Assembly: GCF_004010195.1 (NCBI RefSeq) | Contig: NC_057720.1 | Span: forward strand, 3,443,216 to 3,498,939 | Length of the DNA: 55,724 nucleotides | Direction: 5' to 3' | From: Chiloscyllium plagiosum | Taxonomy: Eukaryota | Part shown: positions 50,078 through 55,724 of the stretch, in pieces | Layout of the letters: every line of letters begins with the position of its first letter | Numbering within the stretch: position 1 is the first letter of the stretch | Program-made: the position numbers and the translations under genes | The notes under the pieces: model-generated | The model's input: only the letters and a program-made list of their open reading frames with translations | Databases searched by the model: none | What the model was told of the DNA's origin: nothing

Positions 50078-50310
50078 TATATATTCTGCCTGTTTGTATT
50101 ATAATCTACAAGTGTAAAAACTGATTTATTTAATGAAAATGTTAACATGTTGCAGTGATACTGGTCTTTGACCAGAAAATAATATCTCTGATTTTATGGG
50201 AGTAGGGGATTATTTTGATCCACTGCATCAGATTAAAAAATGCAAACTAAGCCAAGTATTTAGCACTTTATTCTCAAAACTTTTCTAGATCTGTAAAAGT
50301 TCATAATTAT
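50078..50310. repeat. Copy 1 of a non-TE direct duplication (homology resumes at ~50621-50650 after a SINE)
   Basis: ctgcctgtttgtattat..gatttatttaatgaaaatgttaacatgttgcagtgatactggtctttgac..tgcaaactaagccaagtatttagcactttattctcaaaac, shared with 52313-52600. Confidence 0.9.
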
Positions 50311-50620
50311 TAGATTACCTACAGTATGGAAACAGGCCCTTCAGCCCAACAAGTCCACACTAACTCTCCAAATAGTAACCCACCTAAATCCATTACCCTC
50401 TGACTAACGCGCCTAACCTATGGACAATGTAGCATGGCCAATTCACCTGACCTGCATATCGTTGGACTGTGGGAAGAAACCAGAGCACCTGGAAGAAACC
50501 CATGCAGACACAGGGAGAATGTACAAATACCACACAGACAGTTGCCCAAGGCCAGAATCAAATCTGGGGCCCTGGTGCTGTGAGGCAGCAGTGCTAACCA
50601 CTGAGCCACTGTGCCGCCCC
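50310..50620 (-). mobile_element. HE1-type SINE
   Basis: tagattacctacagtatggaaacagg..gtgctaaccactgagccactgtgccgccc. Confidence 0.9.
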
Positions 50621-50930
50621 ATTGCAGCCATTTTTGTAGCAATATACTTAAACTTTCATTTTTCTGTCCGCTTTAGAAAGTTTTACTTTAAAAAGTGCAC
50701 AGAAAGTTTCAACTCCAATTCTGAGTCTGTGCTATGGTTAGTTACTATTTGCTGGCATGCTGCCACTGAAGCCACTTAACTGCAGTATGCCTGAGTTCAA
50801 GAGAAGTAAAATTATTTTGACTTTCTATTTGAGTTCAGGCCATGAAACAGAACAGAGTCAGATTTGGCTATCATTGACCCAATGACAAAATAACCAACTG
50901 GTAACTTCTAGCCTTGATTGTCTGCTTCAG

Positions 50931-50960
50931 TTGATGATGCTTCTGTCCGTGAGCTAGAAG
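50931..50960 (+). other. Candidate 30-nt microexon
   Basis: ttctagccttgattgtctgcttcag | TTGATGATGCTTCTGTCCGTGAGCTAGAAG | gtaagc. Phase 1-1 frame is open (xDDASVRELE). Confidence 0.3.
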
Positions 50961-50989
50961 GTAAGCATTCAATTTTTTTTTGTCTATGA

Positions 50990-51795
50990 TTTACTCTTTC
51001 ATGGAATGTGGATATTGTTGCAAGGCCAGCAGTTTTTTAAAAATCATTCCCAAATGTCCCTGAACTCAGTGACTAGTTCAATGGCCTCGGAACACTTCAA
51101 CCCCAGGGCATCAATGTGGACTTCACCAGTTTCCTCATTTCCCATCTCCCCACCTTACCCCAGTTCCAACCTTCCAGCTCAGCATTGTCCTCATGACCTG
51201 TCCTACCTGCCTATCTCCCTTCCCACCTATCTGCTCCACCCTCCCTTCTGACCTATCACCTCCATCCCCACCCCCATTCACCTATTGTACTCTTTGCTAC
51301 CTTCCCTCAGCCCCCCCCCCCCATTTATCTCTCCACCCTGTAGGCTCCCTGCCATTTATCCATTCCTGATGAAGGGCTTTTTCCTAAAACGTCGATTTTC
51401 CTGCTCCTTGGATGCTGCCTGACCTGCTGTGCTTTCCCAGCACCACTCTGCTCTAAAATCTGTGGCTAGTTCAGCCATTTCAGAGGGCAGCTAAGAGTTA
51501 ACATGTAATATGGCAGGACTCACATGTAGGCCAGACTGTGTACATAGCAGGAGGAGTAGGTCATTCAGCCTGACAAATCCATTGATTTCTGTCTTGTACA
51601 TGTTCAATGATTTCCTTTCCTGAAGGACATTAATGAACCAGATGGGTTTTTTAACAACGTGATAGTTTCATGGTCACTGGTATGAAATTTCAGATTTTAT
51701 TAGTTGAATTTACATTTGAGTTCAAACTCAATGCTGCCCTGGATATAAACCTGGAACTCTGAATTACTAATCCAATGACACCACCATCACTTCTC
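50990..51795. mobile_element. Minus-strand SINE interrupted by a plus-strand PLE 3' end (~51075-51460)
   Basis: SINE pieces atggaatgtggatattgttgcaaggccagc..tttcagagggcagctaagagt..ttactaatccaatgacaccacca. PLE ggcatcaatgtggacttcaccagtttcc..CTGATGAagggctttttcctaaaacgtcga. Confidence 0.72.
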
Positions 51796-51855
51796 CTTTA
51801 AAAATTCTACTCCAAGCTTAAATAATTGAGGCTGACATTCCAGTGCTGAAGGCGC

Positions 51856-52293
51856 CATAGAACATAGAACAATACAGCGCAGATAAGGCCCTTCGGCCCT
51901 CGATGTTGCACCAACCTGTGAACTATTCTCAGCTCATACCCCTACACTATCCCAAAACCATCCATGTGCTTATCTAAGGATTGTTTAAATCTCCCTAATG
52001 TGGTTGAGTTAACTATATTAGCAGGTAGGTAAAAACAATGACTGCAGATGCTGGAAACCAGATTCTGGATTAGTGGTGCTGGAAGAGCACAGCAATTCAG
52101 GCAGCTCCTTGGATGCTGCCTGAACTGCTGTGCTCTTCCAGCACCACTAATCCAGAATATATTAGCAGGTAGGGCATTCCACACCCTTACCACTCTCTGC
52201 GTAAAGAACTTGCCTCTGACATCTGTCTTAAATCTATCACCCCTCAATTTGTAGTTATGCCCCCTCGTACACGCTGACGTCATCATCCTAGGA
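51856..52293 (-). mobile_element. CR1 3' end containing a fold-back insert
   Basis: Tail catagaacatagaacaatacag; minus ORF TRGHNYKLRGDRFKTDVRGKFFTQRVVRVWNALP. Confidence 0.88.
52030..52157. mobile_element. Fold-back PLE-terminus insert with perfect 16-bp TSD (hammerhead core not included)
   Basis: Arms 52062-52105 / 52115-52158. TSD tatattagcaggtagg (52014-52029 / 52158-52173). Confidence 0.88.
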
Positions 52294-52312
52294 GTTGAAT
52301 GGATAACCAAAC

Positions 52313-52600
52313 ATATACTCTGCCTGTTTGTATTATTATCTACAAGTCTGAAAAATGATTTATTTAATGAAAATGTTAACATGTTGCAGTGATACTGGTC
52401 TTTGACAGGAATTTGTTATGGCGCTATGTTGACCAGCAAATAATACCTTTGGTTTTATGGGATTGGGGGAATATTTTGGTCCACTGCATCAGATTAAAAT
52501 ATTGCAAACTAAGCCAAGTATTTAGCACTTTATTCTCAAAACATTGCTAAATCTGAAAAAAATAATAATTGCAACATTTTTAAAGCAAAATACTTATTTG
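52313..52600. repeat. Copy 2 of the non-TE direct duplication
   Basis: As 50078-50310, plus 27 bp (aggaatttgttatggcgctatgttgac) that copy 1 lacks. Confidence 0.9.
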
Positions 52601-52614
52601 CTTTTTGTTTTTCT

Positions 52615-53902
52615 TTAAGTTGATTAGGAATAGTCAACATGGTTTTGTGAAGGCTAGGTCAAGCCTCACAAACCTTATTGAGTTCTTTGAGAAGGTGACC
52701 AAACAGGTGGATGAGGGTAAAGTGGTTGATGTGGTGTATATGGATTTCAGTAAGGCATTTGATAAGATTCCTCCCGGTAGGCTTTTGCACAAAATACAGA
52801 GAGGCATGGGATTGAGGGTGATTTAGCGGTTTGGATCAGAAATTAGCTAGCTGTAAGAAGACAGGGGATGGTGGTTAATGGAAAATATTCATCCTGGAGT
52901 TCAGTTAATAGTGGGGTATCGCAGGGATCTGTTTTGGGTCCTCTGCTGTTTGTCATTTATATAATTGACTGGGATGAGGGCGGAGAAGGATGGGTTCATA
53001 AATTTGCGGATGACACTAAGGTTGGTAGAGTTATGCATAGTGACGAAGGATGTTGTAGGTTTTTGAGGGACCTAGATAAGCTGCAGAGCTGGGCTGAGAG
53101 GTGGCAAGTGGAGTTTAATGTGGAAAAGTGTGAGGTGATTCACTTTGGAAGGAGCAACAGGAATGCAGAGTACTAGGCTAATGGTAAGATTCTTGGTAGT
53201 GTAGATAGGTAGATAGATCTTGGTGTCCAGGTACATAGATCCTTAAAAGTTGCCACCCAGGTTGACAGAGTATTAAAAACGGTGTGTTAGCTCTTATTGA
53301 TAGAGGGATTGATTTCAGAACCATGAGATCATGCTGCAGCTGTACAAAACTCTGGTGCAGCTGCACTGGGAGTATTGCATACAGTTCTGGTCACCGCATT
53401 ACAGGAAGGATGCGGAAGCTTTGGAAAGGATTCAGAGGAGATTTACTTGGATGTTGCCTGATATGGAGGGACGGTCTTCTGATGAAAGGCTGAGGGCCTT
53501 GAGGCTGTTTTCGTTAGAGAGAAGAAGGTTGAGTGAAGAAGGGTGATTTAATTGAGACATATAAGACAATCAGAGGGTTAGGTAAGTTGGACAGTGAGAG
53601 CCTTTTTCCTCGAATGGCGATGGCTAACATGAGGGGACATAGCTTTAAATTGAGGGGTAATAGATATAGGCAGATGTCAGAGGTAGGTTCTTTACTCAGG
53701 GAGTAGTAGGGGCGTAGAACGCACTGACTGCAACACTTGTAGACTTGCCAACTTTAAGGGCATTTAAATGGTCATTGGATAGGCATATGGACAAGAATGG
53801 AATAGTGTAAGTTAGATGGACTTCAGATTGGTTTTACAGGTTGGCACAACATTGAGGGCCAAAGGGCCTGTACTTCGATGTAATGTTCTACGTTCTAGTT
53901 CT
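52615..53902 (+). mobile_element. CR1 RT and 3' end
   Basis: [54 protein letters not shown]; tail taatgttctacgttcta. Confidence 0.93.
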
Positions 53903-54004
53903 AAAAGCCCTTTGCATCCTTGAAAGTGGATGTAAGAAATCCAAAAGCAGATTATAAGAGCTTTCCCAAGTAAATAAAATGCTGGAACATGCTGTCACCT
54001 CTAT

Positions 54005-54308
54005 GGGCAGCATGGTGGCACAGTGGTTACCACTGCTGCCTCACAGTGGCAGAGACCTGGGTTCAATTCCCGCCTCAAGCGACTGACTGTGTGGAGTTTG
54101 CACATTCTCCCCGTGCCTGCGTGGGTTTCCTCCGGGTGCTCCAGTTTCCTCCCACAGTTCAAAAATGTGGAGGTTAGGTGAATTGGCTGTGCTAAATTGC
54201 CTGTAGTGTTAGGTGAAGGGGAATGGGTCTGGGTGGGTTGTGCTTTGGCGGGTGGGTGTTGACTTGTTGGGCCGAAAGACCTGTTTCCACACTGTAAGTA
54301 ATCTAATC
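54005..54308 (+). mobile_element. HE1-type SINE
   Basis: gggcagcatggtggcacagtggtt..gggttcaattcc..ctgtttccacactgtaagtaatctaatc. Confidence 0.9.
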
Positions 54309-54311
54309 GCT

Positions 54312-54530
54312 CAACTCCATCACATCTTTCCTGGATCTCCATTTTTGAACCCCTCCAAACAGGTTTTCTGCTCCTGCCACATTACCAGAAATGGCTCTCA
54401 TCAAAGCCACAATTGACTGTGAAGGAAACAAATTATCCTTTTGCAATCTATTGACAGCTTTTGCCCTGGTTGACCACGCTATCCTCCTATAACGTGGCTC
54501 CAGAAGAACATTGGGATTATGTTTCCCATT
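54312..54530 (+). mobile_element. L2-clade RT remnant
   Basis: ctattgacagcttttgccctggttgaccacgctatcctccta reads LLTAFALVDHAILL, compared with L2 DLSAAFDTVDH.ILL. Confidence 0.5.
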
Positions 54531-54574
54531 CATCCTTCCTTTTTAGGATTTTCTGGAATTTTCTTCCAAAAGCA

Positions 54575-54755
54575 TCTAGATATTTTGAGTATCTAACTCA
54601 GAGATAGATAGGTTCTTGATTAATATGGGGGTCGAGGGTTATGGGGACAAGGCAGAGAATGGGCTTGAGGAACATATCAGCCGTGATCAAACTATGGAAC
54701 AGACTCAAAGGGCGGAATGGCTGAATTCTGCTCCTATATCTTATGGACTTATGGT
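54575..54755 (+). mobile_element. CR1 3' end fragment
   Basis: cagagatagataggttcttgatt..gggttatggggacaaggc..gaatggctgaattctgctcctatatcttatgg. Confidence 0.72.
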
Positions 54756-55399
54756 CGGGCTAGAACCGCAGTGACTGGAATTATGTGTCTTATAATCAGA
54801 TACTCCCATAATAACATTTTCAAGAAAACACTATTTCAAATTCATTTATCTAAAATGCACCAATCCTCAAATCCCCTTTCTTCCACTTGCAACTTTTAAC
54901 TCCAACTTAGTGATAATTATACTTCAGATTGAAAGAACTGTAAATCCAAAACAAAAATAGGATTGAGTAACGAGCACGCATTCAGAACCCTCCAGAAGAG
55001 ACAAGATATGCAGAAAACCAAGGGACAAACTTAATATTTGCTCAACTGATTGAAGTGGTGAGACACTGGGAACATTCTTGAAAAAAAAATGTTAGGGTAA
55101 GGAAAATACAGAATTATCTTTCTAGCTTTAAATTTGTCCCCTGAGTAATAATTCTCTAGTGCTGTTCTATTCAAAGTCAGCATATCACAGAAAAGATGAA
55201 AGAATATTTGTAACATTGTTTGAATAATTTTAGGGAAAGATTGAGATTGTCAAGACTAAAATCCTGAACAGGGGGTTAATATTCTCAAAACAGTTTGATG
55301 GAATAATAGGTAATTTCCTCATGTCAAGTCATGAAGGCATTTCTTTAAATTAAAGGTATGATATATGTTATGACCGCAGCTGATGGGCAATATTGAATA

Positions 55400-55724
55400 A
55401 GGTAAAAACAATGACTGTAGATGCTGGAAACTAGATTTTGGATTAGTGGTGCTGGAAGAGCACAGCAGTTCAGGCAGCATCCGAGGAGCAGTAAAATCTA
55501 CGTTTTGGGCAAAAGCCCTTCATCAGGAATATAGGCAGAGTGCCTGAATGGTGGAGAGATAAATAAGGAGGGTGTGGGTGGGGAGAAAGTAGCACAGAGT
55601 ACAATAGGTGAGTGGGGGAGGGGATGAAGGTGATAGGTCAGGGAGGAGGGTGGAGTGGATAGGTGGCAAAGAAGATAGGCACGTAGGACAAGTCATGGGG
55701 ACAGTGCTGAGCTGGAAGTTTGGA
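55400..55724 (-). mobile_element. Penelope-like element 3' terminus, running off the window end
   Basis: ggtaaaaacaatgactgtagatgctgg..cgttttgggcaaaagcccttcatcaggaat; nearly the same as 12464-12718. Confidence 0.88.

Noticed and set aside
52389..52549. Open plus-strand frame ILVFDRNLLWRYVDQQ.. in duplication copy 2
   Set aside because: Poor acceptor, and the paralogous copy has a stop in that frame.
54920..55090. Minus-strand acceptor ttttttttcaag followed by a ~50-codon open frame
   Set aside because: No recognisable protein similarity or convincing donor; insufficient support.

Overview
Eukaryotic, vertebrate, repeat-dominated non-coding DNA. The repeat families present (HE1-type V-SINEs, HER1/CR1 LINEs, Deu-domain SINEs) point to a shark or other elasmobranch; this is inferred, not searched. 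No intact protein-coding gene, tRNA/rRNA gene or CRISPR array can be supported. Most of the window is decayed, often nested retroelements: many CR1-clade LINE fragments, one RTE-clade LINE, L2 remnants, several tRNA-derived SINE families, Penelope-like elements (PLEs; RT + GIY-YIG), two probable solo LTRs and small DNA-transposon fossils. Three N-gaps lie inside young repeats. The most interesting signals are: (i) a dispersed family of short PLE-terminus inserts carrying minimal hammerhead-ribozyme cores (CTGANGA-stem-GAAAC), often as fold-back palindromes with 13-16 bp target-site duplications; (ii) a ~99% identical 407-bp inverted duplication that makes one PLE chimeric; (iii) a duplicated non-TE block with terminal-exon signatures on the minus strand; (iv) a clean 30-nt microexon candidate; (v) a 160-bp inverted repeat pair bracketing ~2.3 kb. 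Nothing here can be claimed as a wholly new system from sequence alone. Element boundaries are by eye and approximate.
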